Shown in pieces: positions 1 through 13,150 of a stretch of DNA of 51,096 nucleotides. Where the stretch lies: positions 1 to 51,096 of the forward strand of contig MCFE01000633.1 in assembly GCA_002104905.1 (NCBI GenBank). The letters are read 5' to 3'. Both the position numbers and the translations under genes were made by a program. Positions within the stretch are counted from its first letter, which is position 1, and the number at the start of each line of letters is the position of its first letter. The notes under the pieces were generated by a model, which was not told the DNA's origin, ran no database searches, and saw only the letters and a list, made by a program, of their open reading frames with translations. This stretch comes from Basidiobolus meristosporus CBS 931.73. Lineage: Eukaryota > Fungi > Basidiobolomycota.

Positions 1-778
1 GCAGGGACTTGATAAGAATGCAGCTGTGGTCAATAGTTACAAAGACAGAAAAGTATCTTTGCCTGTACAAGAACAAACTTGGGAAAGAATCAAATATAAT
101 GAAAGATACCTACTCTGAGTATTCCTCACAAGTAGTGCCTCCAAGGTCAGTTGGCTGTCAGTGCAGTTTCCTGGGAGTGTCCTGTGGTCTAGGGTTGGAA
201 GTTCAGGTAGCAGCAGGTAGCAGTGATCACACTAATCAACAAGTTGGTATATTGATAAAAGGGATGATGATCTATTGTAGAGGGATAGCCTCCCTTGTAT
301 ACTTTTCTCACTGGCTAAGTGATTACTAATCATGGTGTTCCAGAAGGTTCCGGATATCAATAGAAATCTTAATGACATCAGAATGACCTAAGAATGCTCT
401 AAGTAGGTGCTGGAAGGTTCTAAGAGGCACAGCACATCCAACCAATCAGGAATCAGTATTCTGAAACCTGTGTAATATGGGGATACCATATATGGTATGG
501 AAATGGTAGGGATGATGACACGGCTTGATCATGTGTCACAGATACTGGTGCGGGTACTTGCCTAATATAGAAGCACTTGTAGCTAGTAATCTTACATAAA
601 GTGAGGGGTAACTTATGCAATAAGGTAAGCAGGTGTGATAGTCAACCAGCTTATGGGATAGTACTGATTGGATAAGACAAATGGGATAAAACTAAAATGA
701 GTGTAGTAGGGATATAGGGAAGTAGAAAATAAGGGAATGAGCACATCTGTCAGTGGGTGTCACTATCACCCTACTACA
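1..778 (-). repeat. LTR family A (Gypsy-type), left part outside the window
   Basis: Near-identical to 27673-28453 and similar to the right part of 13826-14895; ends ...ccctactaca (TGTAGT on the minus strand) and abuts an unrelated Gypsy pol relic. Confidence 0.9.
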
Positions 779-1759
779 ACGGCTAGCACACAGTGACATT
801 GCCTAGAGGAGTGCCATTGTTAAACTTAGAGGAAGTCAATGGAAACAACAAGGACCACCTAAAAACAAGGAATCAGAAGAAGAACTCCCCAAACAAGATG
901 TTGACCCTGGTCTACCGCCAGTGTTACAAGACATGTTCCTAGAAGGAATATGCCTGCTTGCTCAAGTATTCACTAAGAACCAAGTAATTGGTCATATACC
1001 TGGGGTATATCACCAAATCCACCTTGCCAACAAATACCCCATCAAGCAAAAAGCCTATAGGTACTCAAAAACTGACCCAGACTATATCAAAGAGACAATT
1101 GAGAGTTTCTTAAAAGACAACATCATTTTAGAGAGCAGTCTCTGTGGGCTCCCCTGTAATGATAGTACCCAAGAAAGTTGGAAAGCAATTCTTCTGCATT
1201 GACTACCAAAAATTGAATGCCATCACCCAGAAGGACATGTATCTGCTACCGTGAATAGATGGCCACTTGGACAGATTAATTGGAGCTAAATATTTTAGCT
1301 CTCTTGACTAGATCTCTGGGTATTGGCTAGTAGAAGTAGCCCCAGAAGATTGACCTAAAAACCTCATTGATAACATTATTTGGATTATACAAATGGAACC
1401 AACTATCCTTTGGCTTGTGTAATGCCCCTGCTATGTTCCAAAGGATGATTGACAAGGTGCTAGGAAATTTACAATGGCAATGTGCTCTTGTGTCTCCGGA
1501 CAACATTGCAATATATTCCCCCAATGTTGAGGAACATATACACATCATGCAAGGTATCCTGACAGCCCTCCTTGAGAACCAGCTCAAACTACATCCCAAG
1601 AAGTGCCATTTCCTGTATAGAAAATTGTTGTTCCTGGGCCACAAGATCTGGGCAGATGGGATAGACCCATCTACTTCACTCTTAAATGCCATTCAAGATA
1701 CACCCGCACCAACGGATATCAATGCAGTGTTGGGATTCCTAGGATTAGCCAGCTACTAT

Positions 1760-2127
1760 TGTTACAAGTCTTGGTATAAGAGTTGTAGAGGAATAGGGAG
1801 TTTAGCTAGTATTGTATTCACTAAAACTTGAACTGATTTTTATTGAGGTTCCAGCAGCTCCTTATATACATTTTGCCAGATCAATTGCTGACTAATTGTA
1901 CTTCCTAATGTAGGTTGTGGCTGATGACTCATTTGATTGCATCATCATCACCCAACAAGATCCTACTTAATATATCTATTTCTGTCTGATAAGGATCTGC
2001 TTACTCATTTGCTGACTAATGCTACTGATTTCATAGATAATACTGATATACTGGTAACCTAAACATATACTAATTGATTTGACTAAAAACTGATCTAACT
2101 TAAACATTCAAGCGGCAGATCATAACA
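1760..2127 (-). repeat. Solo LTR family C, 368 bp, 4-bp TSD CTAT
   Basis: TG...CA termini; CTAT at 1756-1759 and 2128-2131; removal restores the reading ASYY|HYFGKNFV; homologous to 34552-34917 and 39848-40207. Confidence 0.92.
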
Positions 2128-3564
2128 CTATCACTACTTTGGCAAAAACTTTGTGATAATAGGAGCCCCCCTGTACAAATTGATGCATAAAGGCCTGTGT
2201 TTTGTGTGCTAGGAGCCTCAAAAGAGAGCATTCAATCAGCTGAAACATTCTCTGATGCCACCACCAGTGATACATTTCCCCAAGTGGGATGCAAGATTTT
2301 TGATTAACTGTGATGGAGGTCTCACTGGTAAAGGTGCCATACTGGGACAATACTACCAACCTGGCAAATTTCACCTAATTGGTTATGTGAGCCATTTGCT
2401 AAACAAACACAAATGTCACTACCCCATTACCAAGATAGAATATCTGGCTGCTGTTTATTCAATTAAACAATTCCATACATACATACATGGTTGCTGATTC
2501 ACAATAGTAACGGACCACAGCACACTTGTCTGGCTGATGAAAACTAAAGACTTGGCTAGTGGACTAGCACATTGAGCCCTCCAACTGTAAGAATACAACT
2601 TCAAAATAATGATTGCGCTGGCAAGAAACACCAGGACGCAAACTTCCTCAGTTGCTATCCTGTTTGCCAAGTACATGTTGGCAATGACTATAAGGATGTA
2701 ATGTGCTTTGAAAGAAGAAGGAAGCACCCCAAACACGTTGTTACAAATAAGCAGAAGAGACACTTTTGAAGGAAATGGTGTCAGTACAAAGTACAAGAAA
2801 ACCAATTATGGTTCCTCCAAGGACAGTTCAGAGTTGAGATACCTATGGTAACTGCCTGCAAAGAAATCCTACAAGAAATACATATGTTATTAGGACATGC
2901 TAACTCCTTAACAACATATAAGATGTTAAGAAAGACATTTTATTGGAAAACAATAATGACCAATGTTACAGATATGTTACAAAGATGTTCCACCTGCAAA
3001 AGATTTAACTGGAGTCAGAAGATATGGACAACCACACCAATACTGCTCAGCTCACCCTTCCACCAGGTAGGGATTGACTTTGTTGGCCCCTACATGAAAA
3101 CAAACAAAGGAGAACAATACATGATAATTGCTACCAATTATTTCTCAAAGTGGGTAGAAGCCCAAGCCATCCAAGATAAAGACCAGAAGATAACCACCTG
3201 ATTCATTCTAGAACACCTCATCTGCCAGCATGGATATCCTCAGATACTCCTGTCCAACAACAGTGGTTCCTTCCCAACCAACACTGTGGCTGATTTGTGC
3301 AAAATGATGGGTGTGAAACAGGTATTCATGGCTGTGTATCACCCCCAGACCAGCAAATTCACCAAGAGGATGAACCAGACATGTTGCCATATACTAGAGA
3401 AGCTCCACTGAGAACTTCCCCAATTGTGAGCCAAGCTGCTCCCACTGACACTCCTAGCAATGTAAACAATATTAAACACAACAACACGTTTCTCCCCATA
3501 CCTAGTTCTGTATAGACAAAGGCCCAAGTGGTGTGAAGAAGCTGGATTGAAAGTGGAAGGTATC

Positions 3565-3913
3565 TGTTGAAATATTAGAGAGATATATTGGAAGTGAATT
3601 GGAGAATTAGAAGATTTACATGATATTCACTTGATGTTTTATTGAGTTGCAACACAGTATTTATACTTATTGCAGAACTACGTAAATGCAACTATTTGGT
3701 CATTATTAGGGGAGTCTCAGGAGTACATGTGCCAAGTTTTGGCTCATTTGGACAAGTTTCAGATTTTCCTAAAATTCTGTACTTCTCTAATTCCTAATAA
3801 TTAGTAAATATCTTACGAACTAATTTTCATGTTGATAATCTAAAATATATCATTTCACTAAGTGCTAGTTCATAATATATTAATAATTAGGTGGACTCCT
3901 AATTATTTCAACA
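3565..3913 (-). repeat. Solo Copia LTR (related to Copia-2 LTR), 349 bp, 5-bp TSD GTATC
   Basis: TGTTGAAA...TTTCAACA; GTATC at 3560-3564 and 3914-3918; reverse complement resembles 47350-47698, which has the same length. Confidence 0.9.
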
Positions 3914-4454
3914 GTATCCCCTTGACAACATATAATGACTATGTAGAAAGGTTGATACACCATATTGCCCACCTATACATAAAAATATTTGAAAATGCCA
4001 ACAAGCACCTTCCCTCTCCACCTAAAAATGAGAAACTAATGGGACAAAAGTGGAAACCAGGCAATAAAGTGTGATACAACCAAACCATTGCTGGCCTCAA
4101 CTATTGCCCACAATTTACACCCCAATGGATTGGCCCTTATACCATTATTAGTTCAGACAATGGGCTAAAGTATACCATCACCCTGAACATTAAGTCAATC
4201 ATCACAGGAGCCTAATTGTGATTAAAAAATTATCAGGACATGGATAGAGAAAGACATGGGATACATATAAAGTTTATTAGAGGAGATTTTAGTTGATATA
4301 GGCTCAAATGATATGCGCAAGAAAGTCTGCCTAAAGGGGAAAACAAAAGAATGCATGTAGAATGTGCCAAAGGAAATATTTCACCCAAAACTAGTGATAC
4401 CCCCCCCCAACCAGCAAGAATCAAGATAATATCAGAAACAAGACCAACCCACAT

Positions 4455-5560
4455 GTGTTGAGAGATATGGTACCAGTGTTACATGCAACAAGAGCCACCT
4501 ATGAAGAGTTGTTTACCAGAGCAGTCACGTTGATACAAGACAAAATTGGAGAGGGACAAGACAAGTTACCCACGCCAATACAAAGTATGGAGATACTACC
4601 CAGGAAGACTGTGTACCACCTAAGAGGAGGTTCCTTGATCATTAAGCCAAAGGATGCTGCACTGATTCCTGTATCCATACTAGACACAGTAAGACAGAAG
4701 ATGCAAGGAATCAACTATTGCACCCTCACAAGACCTTGAGAGCCCCCATGTTTTGTTGCATACTTGCAACAAATAGGTACCATGGTTAATGAGGCATACA
4801 CAGACCTGGTACAAGCCGCAGGAGCACCAGAAGTAGAACCCCTGACTGAAGGCCTCCTCCAAGAAATTTGCAAACATCTTGAGCCGCATTTCCAAGAGGG
4901 AAACATCTTAGAGAAGATACACAAACAGAATAAATACACTGGCTAGTTAACCCAGCAATCCACTAAGTTGCCATGTTACAACTATAACAGTTAATTACCA
5001 TAGGGCAACTCAGTAACCAGTACAAAGTCCAGCTCCATGAAGCCAAAGAAACCACCGCAGCCTATATAGAAACCAGGCAAGTGCAAGAGCACCTTAATTG
5101 CACCACAGTTACTATGGAAGAACTGCAAGACATCTTGGAAGAAGCAAAAACTTGTCATCAAGAATGGGTGACTGCCAACCTAGGGTATGCCCTCTTCAAA
5201 AGGTCCCCTGCTGTCATATTGAACACAAAAAGAACAAGCCCTGACAATATTTGCAAGATAAGGAAGTAAGACTTCATTGTGTTATTGCATCTCTTCTTGT
5301 TCTCTGACCCTCCTGAGGAACTTACCCAGAACTCTATGGTTTGCCAACTCTTTGGCTCTGTGGAAAACATCCCTTGTGCAATGCAAGGTGCACCCCACTC
5401 TGCCACCAAATGGTATCAGGCACTTGCCTGCTACCCCCTCACAAGTGACAACCAGCAATAGTACTATGGTGACTCCCCATGCTCTGTAAACAAAATTTAC
5501 CCTGGAGAAGCAACTAGTCAAAGAACTTCAAGAACAAAGCTCCCTCTTAACCCCCAGGAA
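4455..5560 (+). pseudogene. Degraded extra ORF of unknown function downstream of the element D integrase
   Basis: ORF pieces 4455-4739 and 4764-4946 share one frame; 5081-5269 and 5279-5461 share another; each pair is separated by a single stop. No recognisable domain. Confidence 0.5.
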
Positions 5561-5561
5561 A

Positions 5562-5937
5562 TGTGAGTACTAAATGTAGTACCCACTCTTTGCCCAAGAG
5601 TTCTCCTCAGAGTCCTCTGCAAAGTCCCCTTGTATCCTCCCTATGATCCCTTACATATCCCCCCTCCTATACCTGCCCTTATCTAGTTAGAACACTTACC
5701 AAAACCGGAAAGTGTTCACACCCCTATTTATTACACATTGTCTATTATCTAAGCCCCCCAAGTAATATATTTATATCTATCTAATTGAACCAAGTGAGAG
5801 GATAGGAAGATTTGGACAGAATAAACACTAGCCTTTATTACCTTGCTACCTTCTATTGGAAGCTATACTCAACCAAGTGGTACTGACTTGACCCACAAGC
5901 TCTCCCACGTACAGAGTACAGTCAGTAATAACCCATC
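5562..5937 (+). repeat. Possible 3' LTR of element D, truncated
   Basis: Starts with TG after a short purine run (AGGAAA); contains a TATA-like stretch and AATAAA; no partner LTR in the window. Confidence 0.3.
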
Positions 5938-6432
5938 TCTGGTACTCAATACCCATGGCACTCTGAATCTGGCCCTTGCAGCTTGTAACATGTGACAAAA
6001 ATGCATGGGACTATCTTTGTCCACTGGTACTATCTGGCACTAAATTTACATATTAGCCATAAGGTAAAACCTATATAAAGCACTCATAGTGGCAGATAGT
6101 ACCAGTGGGCAGGGGTAGAGCCATGCATTTTTGTCACATTTTACAAGCTGCAGGGGCTAGATCCAGAATGCCATGGTTATTGAGTATCAGATAGATATCT
6201 TCAGTTCTTCTGTGCTCTACACACATCCTGCACAATATTGATGCCAAAAACAAGGTCAAAAAAATGGATTTTCCCCAGCATAATTGGTGAAACATAGGGG
6301 CTGCATTGCCTGCATACTAATACCTATGTTTCATGCTCTGTGGCCCAATTTAGGTCTTATATGCCTCTCTGGCACACAATGGCACTATATGGCACTCATG
6401 CTCAATGTGGCCATAGCCAATGGAGCAAGTCT
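5938..6432. mobile_element. Foldback MITE copy C (left arm truncated)
   Basis: Internal inverted arms around a ~45-bp spacer; right end ...tggagcaagtct followed by AAT; homologous to 37988-38718. Confidence 0.88.
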
Positions 6433-6489
6433 AATGGCTCAAATATTATATTGACAAATAACCTAAAAGCTCATAAGCCATTAAGTAAT

Positions 6490-6599
6490 CTGTAACTGAT
6501 GTGATCTGATCTGTGCCAGTGCTATCCAAGATGTATTATGCATAATATAGGAAAAATTCCACAATCACATTAGTGTCTATTTCTGTTCATATAAGACCA
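6490..6599 (-). repeat. Fragment of the Harbinger-like element intergenic (promoter) region
   Basis: Reverse complement of ~33045-33150 (tgatgtgatctgatctgtg...ttcatataagacca). Confidence 0.75.
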
Positions 6600-7190
6600 T
6601 TGGCTGGCTATTGCCTCCTTTTCATATTGCTTACTTCCTAAATCAATCAATGCTTTTACTTTTCATGCATACAGATTTGTTTATTACCTTTTAAGCCTCA
6701 GTTGTAGCTCAATTGCTAGTGATTCTGACAACTACCAGACCCTGCATCAAACACAAACATTAATATTTCAGCATACTATTCAATAAATGCTGCAACCTCT
6801 AAGTTTGCCTACTAATGATCAAACATCACCGGAGCAATTGTGTTGGTCTTTTTTGCTCTTGATTTTGTTGCTTTGTCTGTATGTAGGATCTCCACTCTGT
6901 CTACAATGGATGACATTCAGGCAGTGGTAGATGAATTGCTTATCTCAAAAAGCTCATCTACATCACTGGAGTGTGGCTCAACAGGCTGCACTACCAACTC
7001 TTGTGAAAACTGCTGTTGTCCTGCTGGTAATTCTTCTTGGCTGTAATGGGATTCAGTCAGTTCTGAGCTGATGGCATTGATTGATGGAACTGCAGCTTTT
7101 CCTGATTTTCACCAGTCTCTGCCTTGGGTGGAATTTTTGCTCTTCACCTTACATTTTTTATAACAAAGTCTATGACTGCCACCTTGACAG
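6600..7190 (-). repeat. Unclassified repeat relic, copy 1
   Basis: Segments align by eye, inverted, with 29990-30160 and 30540-30700 (e.g. aaaagctgcagttccatcaatcaatgcc vs aaaagctgcagctctcatcaattaatgct). Minus frame is open for ~100 codons apart from one TGA. Confidence 0.55.
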
Positions 7191-7387
7191 AGTGGTTCTT
7201 ATATTATACTAGATTGTATCCCTAGGGATAATTGGCTTGTATTGCATTCACTGAAACTTGAGCTGTTCCTTATTGATGTTCCAACAACTGCGTATATACA
7301 GTTTACCAGATAAATTGCTAATTAACTGTAATTCCTTATGTATGTTGCGGCTGATGACTCATATGAGTACATCATCATCAACCAGAT

Positions 7388-7753
7388 TGTTATAGGTCTT
7401 GGTATAAGAGCTGTAGAGGAAGAGGGAGTTTAGCTAGTGTTATATTCACTAAAACTTAGACCAATTTTTATCAAGGTTCCAGTAGCTCCTTATACATTTT
7501 GCTATATCAATTGCTGACTAATTGTATTTCTCAATGTAGGCTGTGGCTGATGACTCATTTGATTGCAACATCATCACCCAATTGGATCCTACTTCATATA
7601 TCTATTTCTGTCTGACAAGGATCTGCTGCTTCACCTGCTGACTAATGCTACTATTTGATAAATAATACTGATAGACAGATAAGCTCAACATGTGGCTAAT
7701 TGATTTGACAAAAAACTGATTTAACTTAAGCACTCAAGCAGTGAATTATAACA
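7388..7753 (-). repeat. Solo LTR family C, 366 bp, inserted in another LTR-C
   Basis: TG...CA; flanks AGAT/AGAA (3 of 4 match); high similarity to 1760-2127. Confidence 0.88.
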
Positions 7754-8216
7754 AGAACCTTCTATAACTATTTCTGTCTGATAAGGATTGATGATTCACC
7801 TACCAACTACTAGTACTGATTAAATGGATGATACTGTTGAAATATTGAACTATTTGGTACCATTCTGCAGCTAATAATTTACTTAACAATTCTGGACTAG
7901 TCTTGGTCACTGCGGGACTAATTTATAGCTCTAACTTTGCCACTTTCTTCAGATCTATGATCTTATGATTATTCCCCTATAGTCAGGATCAAAATTGCAC
8001 TGATACTAACTGTTATGTACTAACCCTGAAACTGTTACAGAATGTGCCTGAATATTGAGAAACCCTCCTTAATTAGTGTTACAGCTTTATTACTTCTACC
8101 AAGGTATAAATACAGAGCCTCTTTATTAATAAACAATAGTTCAACTATTATCACTATTCCTTGATAAGTTCCTTATATCCAAATCACTTCTTAAATTGCA
8201 ACAGGTTATGAGCCCC

Positions 8217-11200
8217 AATGGCCTTAATCTATTCTGAAGATGATTTCTACCAGCAAACAGAACAACACAAACATCTTCCCTGTAAAGGAGAGGTTTGATG
8301 GAAAAAACTACAAACTTTGCAGAATCAAAATGCAGATCCACCCTGAGGAAAGGAAGCTTTGAATACAGTAACAGGAAAAGAAGTTGAGCCCAAAGGAACA
8401 GCAGAAGAAGTGGAGAAGTTTCCAGAGAAGGAGAGAAAGGCCTTTAATGCCATATGTATCAATGTACAAGATTCCTTCATTGGACAACTACATGCCTCAA
8501 ATACTGCCAAAGCAGCATGGGAATCCTTAGAGAAGATCTTTAGGGCAAAGTCAGTATCAAGCAAGCTTTATTTGAAACAAAAGTTCTTCAACATGAGGAA
8601 GAAGCCAGATGATGACATGCTGCAACTCATTATCAAAATGGAGATACTTGCAGAAGAACTTTACAGTATTAATGCTGGTGTAGATGATGAAGAAAAGATA
8701 ATCTGTCTGCTTTGCAGCCTACCAGACAAGTATGAGCCACTCATACTTCTGTTTGAAAGCAGAGAAGACAGTTTACCATTAGACTATGTCAAAGGAATAC
8801 CTCTCCATGAAGAACTCAGACGTAATGATCAAGCAGAGAAAATTGAAGATAAAGCTTTATTCAGTTCAGAAAGGCACTCAGAAAAGAAGGGAAAACAACA
8901 AAACCAAAGATAACCTGGTTGCTGCAATTATTGTAAAAAGTCAGGACACTGGGCAAGAAAATGCAAGAGTCAATAAGCAGACAAAAAACAGAAACTGGAG
9001 CAGGTCAATCATATAACTAGTGATGAATAGTTATTTGTAACCATACAAGAGAGTGCAAGTAACCAAAGTAATGAATGGTATATTGACTCTGGAGCATCAC
9101 AACATAATTGTGGTATACAGGAGTGGTTTAGCAACTTTAAAACTGTTTCTGTAAGTAAGGTTTAACTGGGAGACAACTCTGCTCTGGAAGCTATTGCAAG
9201 TGCATCCATGTTGCAATTTAAGAAGTGATTTGGATATAAGGAACTTATCAAGGAATAGTGATAATAGTTGAACTGTTGTTAACTAATAAAGAAGCTCAGT
9301 ATTTATACCTTGGTAAAAGTTATACAGCTGTAACACCAAGTAGGGAGAGTTTCTCAATATTCAAGGGCATTCTGTAACAGTTTCAGGGTTAGTACATAAT
9401 GTTTGGTAATAGTTTTAATTTGATCCTGACTATAGGGGAATAATCATAAATCTGGAGAAAGTGGCAAAGTTAAGGCAGTAGGTGAGTCCTACAGTGACTA
9501 AGACTAGTCTAGAATTGTTAAGTAAATTATTAGCTGCAGAATGATATCAAATAGTCCAATATTTCAACAGCCTATACAACTGAATATGCGCAACAGCTCA
9601 GAGGCAACTACGGCAAGATTCACTGACATATTCTATGTTCCCAGAATAGCTAAGAACTTACTATCAGTCAGTAAAGCAACTGCTCAATGACTAAAATTTG
9701 TTTTTACTAAGATGAACTGCTCAATATTGAGTGAAAATGGCCAAAAATTAGCTTAGGATCAGAGATCACAATATATACAAGTTACAATGCAAGATCATTG
9801 AATCTGAGTACGTCATCATTGCTGAAATGATGAAACAAACTGGGAGACATGGCATAAGAGGCTAGGACACATTGGGGAACAGAAAATGAGCCAATTGGTG
9901 AGAAATCAGATTGTTTTGGGCCTAAAATACTCCATTGTAATCAAATTGAATGTTTTTAAGGGATGCCCATATAGCAAGCAAGCTAGGCAACGTTTCAAGA
10001 GCTCAGAAGGTATCAATACCACCTAAATATTGGCTATTGTACACTCAGACATATGTGGCTCCATGAGAACACTGTCCTTTGGAGCCAAGAGATACTTTAT
10101 GATGTTTTTTGATGACAAAACAACATATACATGTGTGTACTTACTCAAAACAAAGGATGAAGCTTTGGAGACGTTTAAGCACTTTGAGAACATGGCAGAA
10201 ACAAAAACAGGGTGTAAATTGAAGGCACTACAAAGTGACAATGGAGGGGAATACTGCTCAAAGGAGTTTGCAAAATACTGCTTGTCTACTGGTATACTTC
10301 AACAGACCACAGATCCTCAACTCCACAGCAAAATAGAGTGGCAGAATGTGCAAATAGAGCAATAGTAGAGAATGGAAGTCTCTACTACATGATAAGGGAG
10401 TGGACCACAAGCTTTGTGCTGAATCTGTTGATACCAATGTATATGTCAAGAACAGATGCCCAACAACAGCACTACATGATTCTACACTCTTTGAAGCAAA
10501 TACAGGCAAAAAACCAGATCTCCAGCACCTCAAGATCTTTAGCAGTGATGTTTTTTATCACATCCCTCACAAAAAACTCTTGAAGTTGGAACCAAAGAGT
10601 AAGAAAGGGATTATTCCTGGGTATTGTGAAGATACTAAAGGTTATAGAGTGTATGATGGCAAAATTCAGAAGCTGATCAAGAGCAGGGATGTTGTATTTG
10701 AGGAGAATTCAGAAGGGAAAGCCATGGAAATCATTGGACAGCTGCCTGATGATGCAATCAACACTAATTAAGAAGATACATACTAAATCCAGCCAGATAC
10801 AGAACGTATTCTACCAGTTCCAGATCAGAGCAGATTATCTCAGCTAGGAAATCTACCAGAATAAGAAATGCCCCCAAATTCTGGTGGCAGACATCCAATG
10901 ATCATGAAGAAGCTTATCTTGCCTTCTGTGCCAAAGCTCAGAATCTGGAACAGGCAATGCAAAGTCCTGATGCTACTAAGAGGCAACAATCCATGCAGGA
11001 GGAGTACCAATCACTGATCAAGGCAAAAACATGGGAGCTGTTAGATTAACCAAATGGGAGAAAGCCAATAGGATATAGATGGGTCTACAAGATCAAGATA
11101 ACCTCAAATGGCGCCATTGATAAGTACAAGACTATATTTATAGCTAAAGGTTATTGCCAGGTCCAAGGAATAGACTTTAAGGAAACATTTGCTCCAGTTG

Positions 11201-12400
11201 CCAAGTTTAACTCTGTTTGGACAGTTCTAGCCCTGGCAGCTGTACACAGTCTAGATCTACACCAAACAGAAGTGAAAACAGCCTTTCTAAAGGGCAATTT
11301 GCAAGCAACTATATATATGGAGCAACCAGAAGGCTTTACCAATCCAAAAGTACCCGTAAGGTGTGCAAACTTAGAAATTGTTGTATGGGCTTAAGCAGGC
11401 ACCCAGAGCATGGTATAACAAGATTGACGCATATCTAGAGGAAGCTGGGTTCTCTAGTAGCACTACAGATCACAGTATATATGTGAAACAGCTCAAAAAG
11501 AGTGTGATCATCCTAATTATTTATGTGGACAACCTAATTATAGCTACAAGTTATCAAGAGGCACTTGAACTGACAAAATCAGATCTCTTCAGCAAGTTTG
11601 AGATGAAAGGTCTTGGAAAATTGAGCTATTTTCTTGTAATTGAGATCAAGATTGACATACCTATGCCAAAAACTGTGCTGAATCAGTCTAAGTACATCAG
11701 GGACATTCTTAGACACTTCAAAATGGAAAATTGCAAACCTGCAGCTACCCCAATGGACAATAACCTTAAATTAAGCAAATCTCAGCCAGTTATAGATGAA
11801 AACAGCTCAAATATGGATCAAAACTTTCCCTATCAATCAATGGTTGGTAGCCTAATATACTTGATGGTGTCTACATGTCCAGATATTGCAGTGGTAGTTG
11901 AAATAGTCAGTCAACTCATGCAGAGTTACGGATCAGACCAAATTGCAGCAGTTAAGTGGTTTTTCAGATATCTATAAGGTACCATTATTATGGTACTGAA
12001 ATACTCTGGAGCAGCTAATAGGCAAAAATTGGACGGTTATAGTGATTCAGATTGGGGTAGGGATCTGATTGACAGACACTCTACCACAGGCTATGTATTT
12101 TCCTTGTTCTGATGCAGCTATTACTTGGAATTGCAAGAAACAGCCAACTGTGGTCCTATCTACAACTGAAGCTGAATATATGGCTGCATGTCAAGCAACT
12201 AAGGAGGCTATATGGCTACAAAAATTATTCAAAGACTCAGGTTTTAATTCAGATGAACCAACATTTATTGACAAGAAAATAACTTAGTGGAGTTAGTTTA
12301 CTGCCCAACTGACAAAATGGTGGCAGACATATTGACAAAACCACTAGCTAGGCCACAGTTTGAGATGCTTAGAGAGGAATTAGGATTAAGAAATTATTTA
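8217..12400 (+). pseudogene. Copia-1 gag-pol pseudogene
   Basis: gag (KLYLKQKFFNMRK), zinc knuckle CNYCKKSGHWARKC, protease WYIDSGAS, integrase IVHSDICG/SDNGGEY, RT LYGLKQAPRAW/IYVDNLII, RNase H WNCKKQPTVVLSTTEAEY. Copia domain order; many lesions. Confidence 0.93.
9209..9569 (-). repeat. Solo LTR of the Copia-1 family inserted antisense inside Copia-1
   Basis: Reverse complement of the Copia-1 LTR with TG...CA ends; flanking coding sequence is colinear across it; TSD not preserved (ATCCA/GCCTA). Confidence 0.88.
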
Positions 12401-12874
12401 GTTGAGGGGGAGTGATGAAATATTGGACTATTTGGTATCATTCTGCAGCTAATAATTTACTTAACAATTCTGGACTAGTCTTGGTCACTGTAGGACTAAT
12501 TTACAGCTCTAACTTTGCCACTTTCTTCAGAACTATGATCTTATGATTATGTCTCTATAGTCAGGATCAAATTAGCACTAATACTAACTATTATGTACTA
12601 GCCCTGAAACTGTTACAGAATGTTCCTGAATATTGAGAAACCCTCCTTAATTAGTGTAACAGCTGTATTACTTCTACCAAGTTATAAAAACAGAGCTTCT
12701 TTACTAATAAACATCAGTTCAACTATTATCACTATTCCTGGATAAGTTCCTTAGATCCAAATCACTTTTTAAGTTGCAACACATACTAAAATACTGAAAG
12801 GCTAAACAATAGAGTGGTGTATTGAACTAAAAACTGATCTAATTTAATTGTTCATGTATCAGATCATTACACAT

Positions 12875-13150
12875 GAGCACCCTTCATATTTATATACAAT
12901 CTGAAACACCAGTACAGCTACCTGTACTGTCTTGCTTAACCTGAATGATTTTGAGCTAACTATGGCTTCATGTCCAATCACTAAAATCAAATTCACTTGT
13001 TCAATAGGCAAAATGGGATATCTAATGGCAAATAAGGTGCTTGTGTACCAGCCAATGTACAAATTGGGGGCTTAGCTGCTGCAGGACACTTTGTACCAAT
13101 TAAGCATTGACAAATCTTCCAGTCCAATGATAGTACCCATATTGTTCAAC
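12875..13150 (-). repeat. Relic of the Harbinger-like left internal (CCAAT/TATA) region
   Basis: Reverse-complement similarity to ~31330-31610 (ccaatcact...ggcaaaatgggatat...attgggggct). Confidence 0.7.

Larger units (their letters stand above)
790..4230 (+). pseudogene. Decayed Ty3/Gypsy pol (RT, RNase H, integrase), element D
   Basis: Fragments: PFGL-like 'LSFGLCNAPAMFQRMID', RT 'SPDNIAIYS', RNase H 'LINCDGG..GAILGQ', integrase 'FHQVGIDFVGP..IATNYFSKWVEA'. Many stops and frameshifts; two solo LTR insertions. Confidence 0.9.
7835..12781 (+). mobile_element. Ty1/Copia LTR retrotransposon Copia-1, full length but decayed
   Basis: 369-bp LTRs at 7835-8203 and 12413-12781; PBS GGTTATGAGCCC 8204-8215; PPT TGAGGGGGAG 12403-12412; TSD GATAC/CATAC. 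Confidence 0.95.
7200..12871 (-). repeat. Old LTR family C copy split by two nested insertions
   Basis: Pieces ~7200-7387, 7754-7834 and 12782-12871 join into a sequence colinear with LTR-C (1760-2127). Confidence 0.75.

Noticed and set aside
9-329. ORFs shared among LTR-A copies (9-329, 27685-27957)
   Set aside because: Lengths differ and the 13.8 kb copy is closed; they reflect LTR identity, not coding.
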